Of a DNA stretch of 64,000 bases, positions 42,439 through 57,311 are shown piece after piece. The notes under the pieces are model-generated. The model had not been told where the DNA came from. It worked only from the letters and a program-made list of their open reading frames with translations, and did no database searches. Origin of the DNA: the human T2T-CHM13v2.0 reference genome, Homo sapiens. The stretch lies in NCBI RefSeq assembly GCF_009914755.1, contig NC_060928.1; one strand, given 5' to 3'. Each line of letters starts with the position of its first letter. Positions within the stretch are counted from its first letter, which is position 1. The translations under genes were made by a program, and so were the position numbers.

Positions 42439-43503
42439 TATCAGGGTAACCTGCCCCCAATATTTCAATGTAGGTTCTTTCTATTTTCCATAAGTGTTGG
42501 CCAGCTGAGAAATAAAGAGAAAGGGTACCAAGAGAGGAATTTTACAGCTGGGCCACTGGGGGTGACATCACATATCAGTAGGACCGTGATGCCCACCTGA
42601 GCCTCAAACCAGCAAGCTTTTTATTAAGGGTTTCTAAAGGGGAGGGGGTGTAAAACAGGGAGTAGATACAAAGATCACATGCTTCAAAGGGCAAAAAGCA
42701 GAACAAAGATCACATGCTTCTGAGGGAACAGGACAAATGGCAAAAGCAGAACTACTGACAAGGATCCAACAAAGATCACAAGGCAAAGGGCAAAAGCAGA
42801 ACTACTGATAAGGGTCTCTGTTCAGTGGTGCACGTATTGTCTTGATAAACATCTTAAACAATAGAAAACAGGGTTCGAGAGCAGAGAACCGATCTGACCA
42901 CAAATTTACCAGGGTGGAGTTTTTCCCCACTCTAATAAGCCTGAGGGTACTGGAGGAGACCAGGGTGTATCTCAGTCCTTATCTCAACCACGTAAGACAG
43001 ACATTCCCAGAGCGGCCGTTTATAGACCTCCCCCCAGGAATGCATTCCTTTCCCAAGGTATTAATGTTAATATTCCTTGCTAGGAAAAGAATTTAGCAAT
43101 ATCTCTCCTACTTGCACGTCCATTTATAGGCTCTCTGCAAGAAGAAAAGTGACTTTTTTTGCCTGACCTCACAGGCAGTCAGACCTTATGGTTGTCTTCC
43201 CTTGTTCCCTAAAAATCACTGTTATTCTCTTCTTTTTCAAGGTGCACTGATTTCATATTGTTCAAACACACGTTTTACAATCAATTTGTACAGTTAACAC
43301 AATTATCACAGTGGTCCTGAGGTGATGTACATCCTCAGCTTACAAAGATATCAGGGTTAAGAGATTAAAGTAAAGATAGGCATAAGAAATTATAAAAGTA
43401 TAATTTGGGAACTGATAAATGTCCATGAAATCTTCACAATTTATGTTCCTCTGCTGTGGCTCCAGCCGGTCCCTCTGTTTGGGGTCCCTGACTTCCCGCA
43501 ATA
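42439..43503 (-). mobile_element. MER11A solo LTR (HERV-K11/HML-8)
   Basis: Minus strand starts tattgcgggaagtcagggacccc with one aattgtgaagatttcatggacatt unit; perfect 6-bp TSD cctgat (42433-42438 / 43504-43509). Confidence 0.9.
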
Positions 43504-44087
43504 CCTGATACCACAAAAACACACTAAAGTACATAGCCCACAGACCCTATAAAGCAGCTTCACAATTGCATCTACAAAACAACCAGCTAACCACAGACAG
43601 GATCAAAACCTCAAATATCAGTATTAACCTTAAATGTAAACAATCTAAACACCCCACTTAAAAGGCACGGAGTGGCAAGTTAGACAAAAAAATAAGACCC
43701 AACCAATTGCTGTCTTCAAGAGACCCATCTCAGATGTGATGATACCCACAGGCTCAAAGTAAAGAGAAGGAGAAAGATCTATCAAGCAAATGGAAATTAA
43801 AAAGAGCAGGGGTTGTTGTTCTTACATTAGACAAAATGACTTTAAACCAACAATAGTCAGTAAGGACAAAGAAGGGCATTACATAGTGGTAAAGGATTCA
43901 ATTCACAAGAAGACTTTACTATCCTAAATATATAGGCGTCCAATGTTACAGCACCCAGACTTATAAAACAAGCACTTCTAGACCTATGAAAAAATGTAGC
44001 CACACAATAATAGTGGGGGAACTTCAGCACTCCACTAACAGCTTTAGACAGATCATTGAGGCAGAATATCAACAAAGAAATTCTGGA

Positions 44088-44317
44088 TTTTTTTTTTTAC
44101 CTTTTTAAATGTAATTTATTTATTTACTTTTATTTTTCCATAAGTTATTGGGGTACAGGTGATATTTGGTTACATGAGTAAGTTGTTTAGTAGAGATTGA
44201 TGAGATTTTGGTGCACCCATCACCCGAGCTGTATACACTGCACCATATTTGTAGACTTTTATCGCTCGTCCCCATCCTACTCTTCCACCCAAGTACCCTA
44301 AGTCCATTGGATCATTC
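44088..44317 (-). mobile_element. L1PB1-type 3' terminal fragment
   Basis: ccataagttattggggtacagg...gattttggtgcacccatcacccgagc...agtccattggatcattc. Confidence 0.85.
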
Positions 44318-46083
<1,766 letters not shown>

Positions 46084-47305
46084 TAACTCAACACTTGGCC
46101 AGTTGCATCTAATAGACATCTATAGAATATTCCTCCCAACAACTAAAGAATATACATTCTTCTCATCTCCACATGGAACATACTTGAAGATCAACCACAT
46201 GCTTGGCCATAAAACAAGTCTCAATAAATTTGAAAAAGTTGAAATAATATCTAGCATACTCTTGGACCACAGTGCAATAAAAATAGAAACAAATAACAGG
46301 AGTATCTTTCAAAACCACACTATTGCATGGAAATTAAACAACTTGCTCCTGAATGACTTGGATGAAACACACAATTAAGGCAGAAATAAAAAAGTTATTT
46401 GAAATTAGTGAAAACGGAGACACAACATACCTAAATCTTTGGGATGCAGCAAAAGCTGTGTTAATAGGAAAGCTTATAGTACTAAACACCTACCTCAAGA
46501 AATTAGAAATATCTCAAATTAATGATCAAATATCACACCAAAGGAACTAAAGAAACAAGAACAAACTAACCCGAAAGGTAACAGAAGAAAATAAATGACT
46601 ATATTCGAGCAGAGCTGAATGAAATAAAGACCCAAAAATCCATACAGAAGTTCAGCAAAATCAAGTTGGTTGTTTGAAAGAATAAACAAGATTGGTAGAT
46701 CACTAGTTAGATTAACAAATAGAAAGAAGATCCAAAATAGCCCAATTAGAAATGACAAAATGATATTACAGCAGATCCCACGGATAAACAAAAAATTCCT
46801 CAGAGACTATTATGAAACTCCTATGTTCACAAACTAGAAAATGTAGTGGAAACACACAACCTCCCAAGATTAAACCAGAAAGAAATTGAAACCCTGAACA
46901 GACCAATAATGAATTGTGAAACTGAATCAATAGCAAAAAAACTGTAAACAAGCAAACAAAAACCCTAGAATAGATGTATTTACAGCCAAATTCTACCAGA
47001 TGTACAAATAACTGGTACCAGTTCTACTGAAACTATTCCAAAAGTGAAGGAGGAGGGACTCCTCCCTAACTCATTCTAGGAAGCCAGCATTATCCTGATA
47101 CCAAAATCTGGCAGAGACACAACGAAAAAAGAAGACTTCAAGCCAATATTCCTGATGAACATAGATGCAAAAATTCTCAACAAAATACTAGCAAAACAAA
47201 TCCAGCAACATATCAAAAAGTTAATTCACCACAATCAAATAGGTTTTATTCCTGGGATGCAAGGTTGTTTCGACATTTTCAAATCAATAAATGTAATTCA
47301 CCACA

Positions 47306-48575
47306 TAAACACAATTTAAGAATATATATGATCATCTCAATAGATGCAGAAAAAGCTTTTGATATAATCCCGCCTCCCTTCAGGATAAAAACCCTCAACA
47401 AACTAGGCATCGAAGAAACATGTCTCAGAATAATAAGAGTCAACTCTGACAAACCCAGAGCCAACATCATACTGAACAGGCCATACTGAACAGGAATACT
47501 GGAAGCCATTCCCTTGAGAACTGGAACAAGACAAGCATGCCTACTCTCACCATTCCTACTTGAACATGGTACTGGAGGTTCTACCCGGAATAATCAGGCA
47601 AGAGAAAGAAATAACAGGCATCTAAGTAGGAAATGAAGTGAAGTTATGTCTCTTCACTGGCAATATGATTCAATACCTAGAAGACCCTAAAGATCCCACC
47701 AAATGGCTCCTAGAACTGATAAACAACTTCAGTAAAGTTCCAGGATACAAAATCACCATAAAAAAATCAGTAGCATTTTTACACGCTAACAATGTTCAAG
47801 CTGAGAACTAAGTCAAGAACACGGTCCCATTTACATTAGCCACAGAAAGAATAAAATATCTAGAAATACACCTTACAAAGGAGGTGAAAGATCTATACAA
47901 GGAGAACTACAAAACACAGTTGAAAGAAATCAGACATGTCACAAACGAATGGAAAAACCTTCTGTGCTCATGATTGGAAGAATCAATATTCTTAAAATGG
48001 CCATACTGCCCAAAGTAATTTACAGATTCAGCATGATTCCTGTCAAACTGCCAATGTCATTTTTCACTGAATTAGAAAAAACTATTCTAAAATTCATATG
48101 GAACCCCAAAAGAGCCTAAATAGTTAAAGTAATCCTATCCAAAAAGAACAGAGCCAGAGGCATCACATTACCTGACTTTGAACTATACTGCAAGGCTACA
48201 GTAACCAAAATAGCATGGTACTGGTACAAAAACAGACACAAAGACCAGTGGAATAGAGCAGAGAACCCAGAAACAAAGCTGCATACCTACAACCATCTGA
48301 TCTTCAACAAACTTGGCAAAAATAAGCAGAGGGGAAAGGACACCTTATTAAATAAGTGGTGTGTGGATAACTGGCTAGCCATATGCAGAAGAATGAAACT
48401 TGATCTCTACCTGTCACCATATACAGAAATTAACTCAAGATGGATTAAAGAATTAAGTGTAAACACAATTTAAAAATATATATGATCATCTCAGTAGATG
48501 CAGAAAAAGCTTTTGATATAATCCTGCCTCCCTTCAGGATAAAAACCCTCAAAAACTAGACATCGAAGAAACATG
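47306..48575 (+). repeat. ~116-bp non-tandem direct duplication, 47306-47422 and 48460-48575
   Basis: taaacacaatttaa...gcttttgatataatcc.gcctcccttcaggataaaaaccctcaa...catcgaagaaacatg; 4 substitutions and one 1-bp indel. Confidence 0.95.
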
Positions 48576-49453
48576 ACCTCAAAATACAAAAATCCTGGAA
48601 GAAAAACTAAGAAATGTTCTTCTTGACATTGGCAAAAAATTTATGGCTATGTTCTAAAAAAAATTGCAATAGAAACAAAAATTAACAAGTGGGATCTAAT
48701 CAAATTGAAGAGCTTCTGAACAAAAAGAGAAACTGTCAACAGAGTAAACAAGAAGCTTATGGAGTGGGAGAAAATATTTTCAAACTGTTTATCTAAAAAG
48801 GACCTAATATTCAGAATGCACAAGGAACTTAAATCCATAAACAAAAAATAAATAACTCCATTAATATGTGGGCAAAGGACATTAACAGACACTTCTCAAA
48901 AGAAGCCATACAAGTGGTGAACAAAAGTATGAAAAAATTCTCAACATCACTAATCATTAGAAATGGGAAATCAAAACTACAGTGAGACACCATCTTACAC
49001 CACTCATAATGGCTTTTGTTAAAAAGTCAAATAATAACAGGTGTTGGCTGTGCTGGCAGAGAGAATGAAACCCTTACACACTGTTGGTGGGAATGTATTA
49101 GTTCAGCCACTGTGGAGAGCAGTTTGGAGATTTCTCGAAGAACTGAGAGTCAAATTACCATGTAACCCAGCACTCTTATTACTGGGTATATACCCAAAGG
49201 AAAATAAATTGATCTACCAGATATAAGCATCTGCATGATAATTGCAGCACTATTTACAGTAGCAAGGTAAGCCAGGTGCTCATCAATGGTGGACTGGATA
49301 AAGAAAACGTGGTACATATACACCATGGAATACAACCCAGTCATAAAGAAAAGAAAGAAATCATGTTCTTTGCAGCAACATGGATGCAGCTGGAGGCAAT
49401 TATCCTAAGGGAACAAACACAGGAACAGAAAACCAAATACCAAATGCTCTCAT

Positions 49454-49696
49454 TTGAGGTCAGGAGTTTGAGACCAGCCTGGCCAACATGCTGAAACCAT
49501 GTCTCCCTAAAAGTACAAAAATTAGCTAGGCATGGTGGCACGTGCCTGTAATCCCAGCTACTAGGGAGACTGAGGCACAAGAAACACTTGAACCGAGGAG
49601 GCGGAGGTTATAGTGAGCTGAGGTCGTGCCATTGCACTCCAGTCTGGGTGACAGAGCGAGGCTCTGTCTCAAAAAAAAAAAAAAAAAAAAAAAAAA
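49454..49696 (+). mobile_element. AluS, 5'-truncated, at the ORF2/3' UTR boundary of the L1PA16
   Basis: Begins at tgaggtcaggagtttgagacc; A-tail runs into L1 aagtggtagctaaac. Confidence 0.88.
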
Positions 49697-50073
49697 GTGG
49701 TAGCTAAACATTAGGTACTCATGAATGTAAAGATGGGAACAATAGATCAATAGATAAATACTGGGGAATACAAGAGGGAGAGGGAAGGAGACAGGCAAGA
49801 CAGGCAAGGAATAGAAAACTATCTATTGGGTACTATGCCAAATGCCCGGGAGTTCTGTCATACTTTAAACCTCAGAATCATTCAATATACTTTTATAACA
49901 AACCTGCACATGTACCCCCATCCCCCAGCCAGAATCTAAAATAAAAGTTGAACAAAAAAAGAAAAGAACTGTTGAGTTGGAGAATCTAGGTTTTTAAGAT
50001 TCCATATTCTTGAACAAAGGCTGAAATGAGCAAATATTTGGATTATAGTTTCTTTTCATGATGGCATTTTCAG

Positions 50074-50122
50074 TACTTTATGCTTTTCATATATCATTTT
50101 TTTCTCTCTTTATCAGGTAAGT
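50074..50122 (+). other. Candidate recursive splice site (acceptor immediately followed by donor; junction 50116|50117)
   Basis: tactttatgcttttcatatatcatttttttctctctttatCAG|GTAAGT with ~40 nt free of AG. Confidence 0.4.
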
Positions 50123-50754
50123 GGGGGAGATTATATTCTCCTTACAGCTCAGATATGTTGAACTTAAATGTTGTAATTTTAAGATTTTTTAATTGAGAAT
50201 TGAAGAATAATAAATTAACAAGAAAAGGTAATCCAGGGGAAGGAAAGAAATACACAGAATTTTTGGAAGACTGAAAGGACCATAATTGTCTATAATTTAT
50301 CATAAATTATAAGGAGTACAAGTGATGCTCAACAGATAACACACTCTGTCTTCGCCTGGTAGGATAGAAGAGAACATGTTTCCACAGTGACAGTGCTCAG
50401 GTTTACAGATTGGGAGCAGCTGTGCTTGGCTCAGTATGGACCTGATGAAGTGAAAATGTGTGGTTGGGGAGAAGTGGAAGAATGGAAGACATGGAGATAT
50501 CAGTTCAGCTGCACGTTATTAAAAATTTCAGCAATTACTGAAATAACATGTGTTAAACCATATCTTTATGAGAGGTGTGTTTCAGTATCTCCTACTGCAA
50601 ATCTCCCATCTGCCATGCTGTATACTAGAATCTCAAAATTTTAGGCTACATTTGGCAGAGTCTCATTAAAATTTTACTACCTAATGGGGAGATACATCTT
50701 AGCATATACATTAAAATGAATTAAGTGCTTCAAAAGAAAGATACTAGGAAAGTC

Positions 50755-51240
50755 ATCATGGTTAAATACTTGGGCTCTGGAATCAGACTGTCTGGGTTTG
50801 AATCTGTTCTGTGATTTACTGGCTGAATTTCTGAGTTTCAATATCTTCATCAGTTTTTCAAAATCAGGGGAAAATAACTGAATGATTTAATAGGCTGTTG
50901 TGTAAAATTATTTTCACCATACTAACTTTGGTGCTAGTTACACATAGTAAGTTAGTTATGAGGATAATTATGCATAAAATGTTATGAGAGCAACATTGTA
51001 ATGTACAAGCTATAAAGTATCAACACTTAATGCCTCTAGGTATGTTTGTCTGTGACTGCATGTGTTTGGGCATGATGGACCTAAGAGCTTTGACTTTAAA
51101 TTCATCATGCAGATCTGGGTTCCTCCAGCCTTGATGTTTGAGATGTAACTCTGGATAGTTATTAAATCTCTCTTATATTTAGTCTCACATGTTGCAATTC
51201 CTACCTCCGAGGGTTGTTGTATGAGTATTCAAGATACTTT
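50755..51240 (+). mobile_element. Two MIR fragments
   Basis: gggctctggaatcagactgtctgggtttgaatc (near 50772); cctacctccgagggttgttgtatgagtatt (near 51200). Confidence 0.7.
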
Positions 51241-51256
51241 CCAAAAGTACAGTCAA

Positions 51257-51586
51257 GGCTAGGTGTGACAACTCATACCTATAATCCCAGCATGTTTAGT
51301 GGCTGAGGTGCGAGGCTAGCTTGAGGACAGGAGCCGGGAGGACAGGAGCCTGGGAAGCAATAAGAGACCTTGTCTCTACAGAAACAAAAATCACCAACAA
51401 CAATTAGCTGGGCATGGTGGTGCATGACAGTAGTCCTAGCTATTCAGGCGGCTGTGGTGGGAGGATTGCTTAAGCCCAGGTGTTAGAGGTTAGAGTGAGC
51501 CATGATCACACCACTGCACTCCAGACTGAGTGACAGAGTAAGACCGTGTCTCAAAAATAAATAAATAAGTAAATAAATAAATAAAT
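51257..51586 (+). mobile_element. AluJ with (TAAA)n tail and an internal duplication of gaggacaggagcc
   Basis: gggaggattgcttaagcccagg, gtgagccatgatcacacc. Confidence 0.9.
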
Positions 51587-52514
51587 GCAATAAAAATAAA
51601 TAGATCCATCTATCTTAATTACCCATGTATAATTTTAAGCATTTATATATTTTTATTTTTAATATATGAAATTATGTTGATTGATGTTATCTGGTTATGT
51701 TCAAATCATTTAGATTTCAAAAACTGCATTTTTAGTCTGTCCTTGACTTTGTTTCTATGTTAAATTAGAATAATTAAATTCTAAATATAGGTATATCATG
51801 TTGGGATAGTATTTAGACTCTGAAAAGACATAATATGTTTCTTTGTAGATAAGTTTAGATAATTTTTGATGAGGTTATATTTACTTTAAAAACCCTACAT
51901 ACAAAAATCTCTTTGCAAAAGATTTTATGTCAACACCCCTTTACTCTAAAGTCAGATTTAGAGCTATTTCAACCCTATGGAGCACAGCTTTGAATTTTGC
52001 AATAAATGTAGGACTCCAATATCCAACACAAATCTGTGTCACAAAACCCTGTGTTAAATTGGGCACTTTATTTCTTGGATTTTCTATCAGAGTCTTATTG
52101 ACTCTTTCTTAGCACAGTATTTTTAATAAGCTTACTTATCAGCTGCATTAACCCACAGCATATTGAGTCTGAGAACTAGAAAAGGACTGAGAAAAGGTTT
52201 TGGAGGTAAATAGCAATGGCTGGAGAGAAGTACCCTACATGATCAGAGGAGGAGATGGGCACCTTCATGTCAGCATAGATACGTATTCCTGCAGTTTCCA
52301 ATAACGTTCACATTGCCTACAGTGAGTCACTGAGAAAGAATGTTAACCACTATTTACAAAGACAGGCACATGTATCTTCTATTCATACTTTACTATATTG
52401 CCATCTAAGAATTTGATGTGGAATGCTCACTTACCTGAAATTCTAGAGCACATCATAGTATTAAGAGTGGTAGCATGAAGGACATTGAGTTGAACTTAGA
52501 AAATACAAGGACTA

Positions 52515-52811
52515 GACCGGGTGCAGTGGCTCACACTTGTAATCCCAGCACTTTGGGAGGCTGAGGTGGGTGGATCACGAGGTCAGGAGTTCAAGACCAG
52601 CGTGGCCAAGATGGCAAAACCCTGTCTCTACTAAAAATACAAAAATTAGCTGGGTGTGGTGGTGGGCGCCTGTAATCCCAGCTACTTGGGAGGCTGAGGC
52701 AGAGAACTGCTTGAACCTGGGAGGTGGAGGTTGCAGTGAGCTCAGATTGTGCCACTGCACTCCAGCCTGGACAACAGAGCAAGACTCCATCTCAAAAAAA
52801 AAAAAAAAAAA
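52515..52811 (+). mobile_element. AluSg-like
   Basis: ggatcacgaggtcaggagttcaagacc; TSD aagga(c/t)ta. Confidence 0.88.
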
Positions 52812-52949
52812 GAAGGATTAGAGGACAGGGAGCACTAGCAAACCACCTCAATAAAGACAAAAGGGTAGAACAAAGCCATGATCACTAGACGATTGGAAAG
52901 CTGACAAGACTGGAGCAAAGGATCAAACCAGACTTTGAGGTGTGGGGAC

Positions 52950-53115
52950 CTCCTAACTTTGTGGCTTATGGAAGTCACCCAGCATTCCAGTTAAAATGCA
53001 GATTTATGGGTTCTGTCATCACACATATGTTCCAGTGGCAACAGGTTAGGCTCAGGAATCAACATTTTTTTGTAACTTTCCAATTAATTCTAATGTTCAC
53101 ACTCTGAGAAATCTT
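52950..53115. mobile_element. MER5A-like MITE
   Basis: gttaaaatgcagatttatggg...ggctcaggaatcaacattttt...attctaatg...ctctgagaaa. Confidence 0.65.
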
Positions 53116-53128
53116 ACCAGGGAAGATG

Positions 53129-54179
53129 TATCGGGGGAACCAGCCCCCGATATTTCAATGTAGGTTATTTTCTATTTTCCCTAAGTGTCGGCTGGTCTGA
53201 GAAATAAAGGGAAAGACTACAAAAGAGAGAAATTTTAAAGCTGGGTTTCTGGGGGAGACATCACATGTCGGCAGGTTCCGTGACGTCCCTTGAGCTGCAA
53301 AACCAGCAAGTTTTTATTATGGATTTCAAAAGGGGAGGGGTGTACAAATAGGGTATGGGTCACAGAGATCACATGCCTCCAGGGCAATAAAATATCACAA
53401 GGCAAATGGGGGCAGAGAGAGATCACAGGACCAGGGTGAAATTAGAATTGCTGATGAAGTTTTATGTCCCACTGGGCACGCATTATCATTGTTAAGATCT
53501 TATCAGGAGACAGGGCTTGAGAGAAGACAACTGGTCTGACTAAAATTTACTAGGCAGGAATTTCCTAGTCCTAACAGGCCTGGGGGCGCTACAGAAGACC
53601 AGGGCTTATTTCATCCCTTATCTGCAACCGTGTAAGACAGACATTCCCAGAGCAGCCAGTTTAGATACTTCCCCCTAGGAATGCATTCTTTTTCTCAGGG
53701 CTGTTCCTTGCTGAGAAAAAGAATTCAGCGATATTTCTCCTATTCGCTTTTGTAAGAAGAGAAATATGACTCTGTTCTGTCTGGCCCCTCGGGCAGTCAG
53801 GCCCAATGGTTATCTCCCTCGTTCCCTGAAAATCGCAGCCATCTTGTTCCTTTGGATGCCCAGATTTCATATTGTTCAAACACACATGCTCTACAAACAA
53901 TTTGTGCAGATAACACAATCATCACAGGATCCTGAGGTGACATACATCCTCAGCTTATGAAGAGGATTAAGAGATTAAAGACAGGCCTAGGAAATTATAA
54001 GAGCATTGATTGGGGAAGTGACAAATGTCCATGAAATCTTCACAATTTATGTTCAGAGATTGCAATAAAGACAGGCATAAGAAATTATAAAAATATTAAT
54101 TTGAGGAACTCACAATTTATGTTCTTCTGCCATGGCTTTGGCCGGTCACTCCGTTTGGGGTTCCTGACTGCCCACAACA
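53129..54179 (-). mobile_element. MER11B/C solo LTR (HERV-K11/HML-8)
   Basis: Minus strand starts tgttgtgggcagtcaggaacccc with a duplicated ataaattgtga unit; perfect 6-bp TSD aagatg (53123-53128 / 54180-54185). Confidence 0.9.
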
Positions 54180-54189
54180 AAGATGGAAA

Positions 54190-54420
54190 TATTTGTTAGC
54201 CATTTTGCAAAAGAGTGATGTTAAAAGCATTCCAGGAAGATTAATCTGGTTGAGTGGCATGCCAGAGGCCAATATGAAAGCTACTAATTAGTTCAGCTCA
54301 GAGGTGGTGAGAGCATGATGGGACATGCTGACAGGAACATTAGAAGGGCAGAAAAGTTATAGGGGTGTGTAAAGGGCAGAGTCAGTGGAATTTGATGATT
54401 CACACTGAATATTGGATAGA
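54190..54420 (-). mobile_element. L2 fragment
   Basis: agagtgatg...gcattccaggaagattaatctgg...agaggtggtgagagcatga...gagtcagtggaatttgatgatt. Confidence 0.55.
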
Positions 54421-57311
54421 GAAAAGGAGTAGAGCAATGCAAAGCTGATGTACTAAGATATAATTGGAAAGGAAAACAATTTTAAGGCAATAGATAGACT
54501 TTATATTGAGTGTATCCTTTATCTGGTCATGATTAGCCTATTTAAGGTTTATTTGGATGTTTACATAACAACAATACAATGCCTAGGTTTGAATTCCACT
54601 TTCTAACTTAGACAAGTGTCTTCACGGCACTGAACTTCAGTTATCTTTACAAGGGGCGAACCACCCTCACAGAGTTGTTAAGAAAAATAAGTGCACATAC
54701 AGTGCGGCTTTTCATCCCTTCTCTAAGTTGTAAACATCAGAGAAAACTTTCTATGAGCGTTTTACCTGTCTTTGGTCTCCAAATTTTGTTCCCTGAACAA
54801 GAGTTTTGTGTTTACATGTCTTTTTCTTTTACAACATAGCATTTCTAAGCAAGAAGTAAATATCTAAATTTCAGAGGTTGTTTTGACTATTTTTGAAGAA
54901 CTATTACATTAGTAGCCATCATATGATATACCTAAAGGACTGCCATTCTTGTAATAGTAAACAAACTGCTTGTTGTCCAAAGGATTTCAGAATACACTTT
55001 TTCTATTCCTATTGCCAATTCTGAATTCTTATCCCTGATTCCTAATTTATCAATTCTCTACATAGGAATACAGACTAAGCAATGATTGGTGAAAACACTT
55101 TTTTCCCCACTATTCTATAGAGTAAGGTTATCTGTTTAAGGTTCAATCCTTACTCTTTTTGAGCTAAGGACTATTTTTGCCAAAATAGTTAGGTACATGA
55201 ATATTTAAGTGAATGTGGAAGTATTGACTTTTTCCCAGAGAACAATCTAAGTCAATTTTACCACATTCAATGGCCTAAAAGGGGGAGATGATGAGTTTTG
55301 TCATGTCAATTTCTTTTAAAGAAAACTATTTCAGTCATAATGTTTTCTACCAAAATGTCGTTTTTTTCTATCTGTGAGATAGAATTGTTGTAGTAGTTCA
55401 TCTTTTAAAAGTCAGAGTTTCTCCCATTCTGTGATTGTAGCAATAGTTATGATGACCTACATAGAGAACTGTGTTACTTTGAGTCAAAGAAATACTGATT
55501 GTGGTTTAGAAAGCTACTTTTATTGCTGCCTGAGTGGTGAAAAGAAAGAATGTAAATGTGTATGTGTTAAGCCTTGTAGAACCTGGAAGTGTTTTGAGCT
55601 GGGAAAAATTGAATTTCACATTGAGATGCTTTGCGTTTAGCAAAACCCAAAACGTATTTTGAAAACTTCTTTCTCCCTTAAGTTTATCCCTCTGAGTATT
55701 TTAAGTAATATTATTTTTGTTTGAGTTATTTCCAACATGTTATGAGAGATTTTTGATAACCGTGGGACGTTTTTCTTTGAACCTGGAAATTTTATCTTGC
55801 CAATATTAAATTGTATTCTATTCCAGAAAGCCTGAGATCAGTTTACAATTTTTAATTTGTTTCCTGATGGTTGACCAGATATCTTCAGTCATTCATTTTA
55901 TGTTTGTATTTAATTTTATTGAAATGCTTAAGTAGTCTATCTTATCATTATAAATGTAGTTTTACCTTTATATATTTCAGTAGACATTCATTTAGAAAGA
56001 GTTTACAACTCTAAGCCATTAAGCATCAGGATTGCTGTATCTTTTATTTGATGGAGGTGGAGTGCATAACATTATAAGTATTTATACGTACACACATTTT
56101 TGAAAAATGCTGCATATATGTTGTTTATATTCGAATGGGTTCCAGTGTCTAGCTTTAAACCAAGTTCTGAGAAAAACGTATGAAAAATGTCTTCTCTTTC
56201 TTCAAACCAATAAAAGTTATGATAGCAGAGAATGTCATAAATTGGTTGTGGGGTTTTTTGGTTATTATTTTAGGGATAACCTAACACACATTATTCAGGG
56301 CCTGCTTTTCTCTCCCTTGAGGGATCTGTAGCATTCTTGATGTCATGAAAATAGAGCACAAGATTGGAGTTATTAATCACTGTACTTCAATGGACTTTTT
56401 CTTATTAAAATGTTAACTTATTAATTTTTATTAACTTATTAAAGTTTAACTCGTCCTTTGAAGAATCTTGTATGTATTCTCACTTGGACACATTCTTATC
56501 ATATCAAGTATATTAGAAGTTGTTACTCCCAGGTAGGGTCTTAATCTATGTAACGTTGTATGTGTAATTTTACAGAAATTTGTAGTTCCTACACGGATTT
56601 TCATCCTGTGTAACTCTAAGGAAATTCATTAGCCTGAAATATGCAAGCTACAAAGGATGCTAAATAAGTCTCATTACTTTATAAGATGTAAACATTGAGC
56701 TTTAATGAGTGTTCTAAGGCTGTAGAAGACCTCTTTTTTGAATTAAGTTTGTTAAGAATGTTTTAGTCTTTGCTTTTGTCTGTTAATGTTTATAATTAAT
56801 CAGACGATATTTATGTTTATTATTTACTTTTGTGATTAGAGATGCTCTATTCTATTTAAACATATTTTAAAATATTGTAAACATTGCTGTTTTCTTGTGG
56901 AACCTTTTTTTCTTTGATTTCTAACAAAATCAGGAAGGAATATAAACATAAACATTCACAGTGGTTTTGGAAATGAAACAGTGGGAATCTACCACAACAG
57001 AGTGTTTAACTGAAATATGACTACATAAAGCAGGTGAATTGTTTGAGACATTTAAACTCTATTTGAGAATGTTAATTCCCATACTCAATATTTATTTTCT
57101 CCTGGCAAGTGAAAGTGGAGGAGGAGGTTGGGTTAAAACCTTCTTTCTTCACAGGAGGCATAAGAATGCTAGCATTTAAAATAGACATTATTCTTTTGAC
57201 CATGTAGGACTGGACTCTAAGAGTCTTTCCCTTTACTTTTTTAACCTATTCAAATTTCCCGCATACTCTAAAATAAATAAATAAATTATTATTTAGTAAT
57301 AAATGACACAC

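Noticed and set aside
42668-42812. Spaced direct repeats (caaagatcacatgcttc; ggcaaaaagcagaac) superficially like an array
   Set aside because: Internal tandem structure of the MER11A LTR; not a CRISPR or novel array
47468-49808. Small tandem duplications (catactgaacagg x2, caatagat x2, agacaggca x2)
   Set aside because: Ordinary slippage duplications in a neutrally decaying L1
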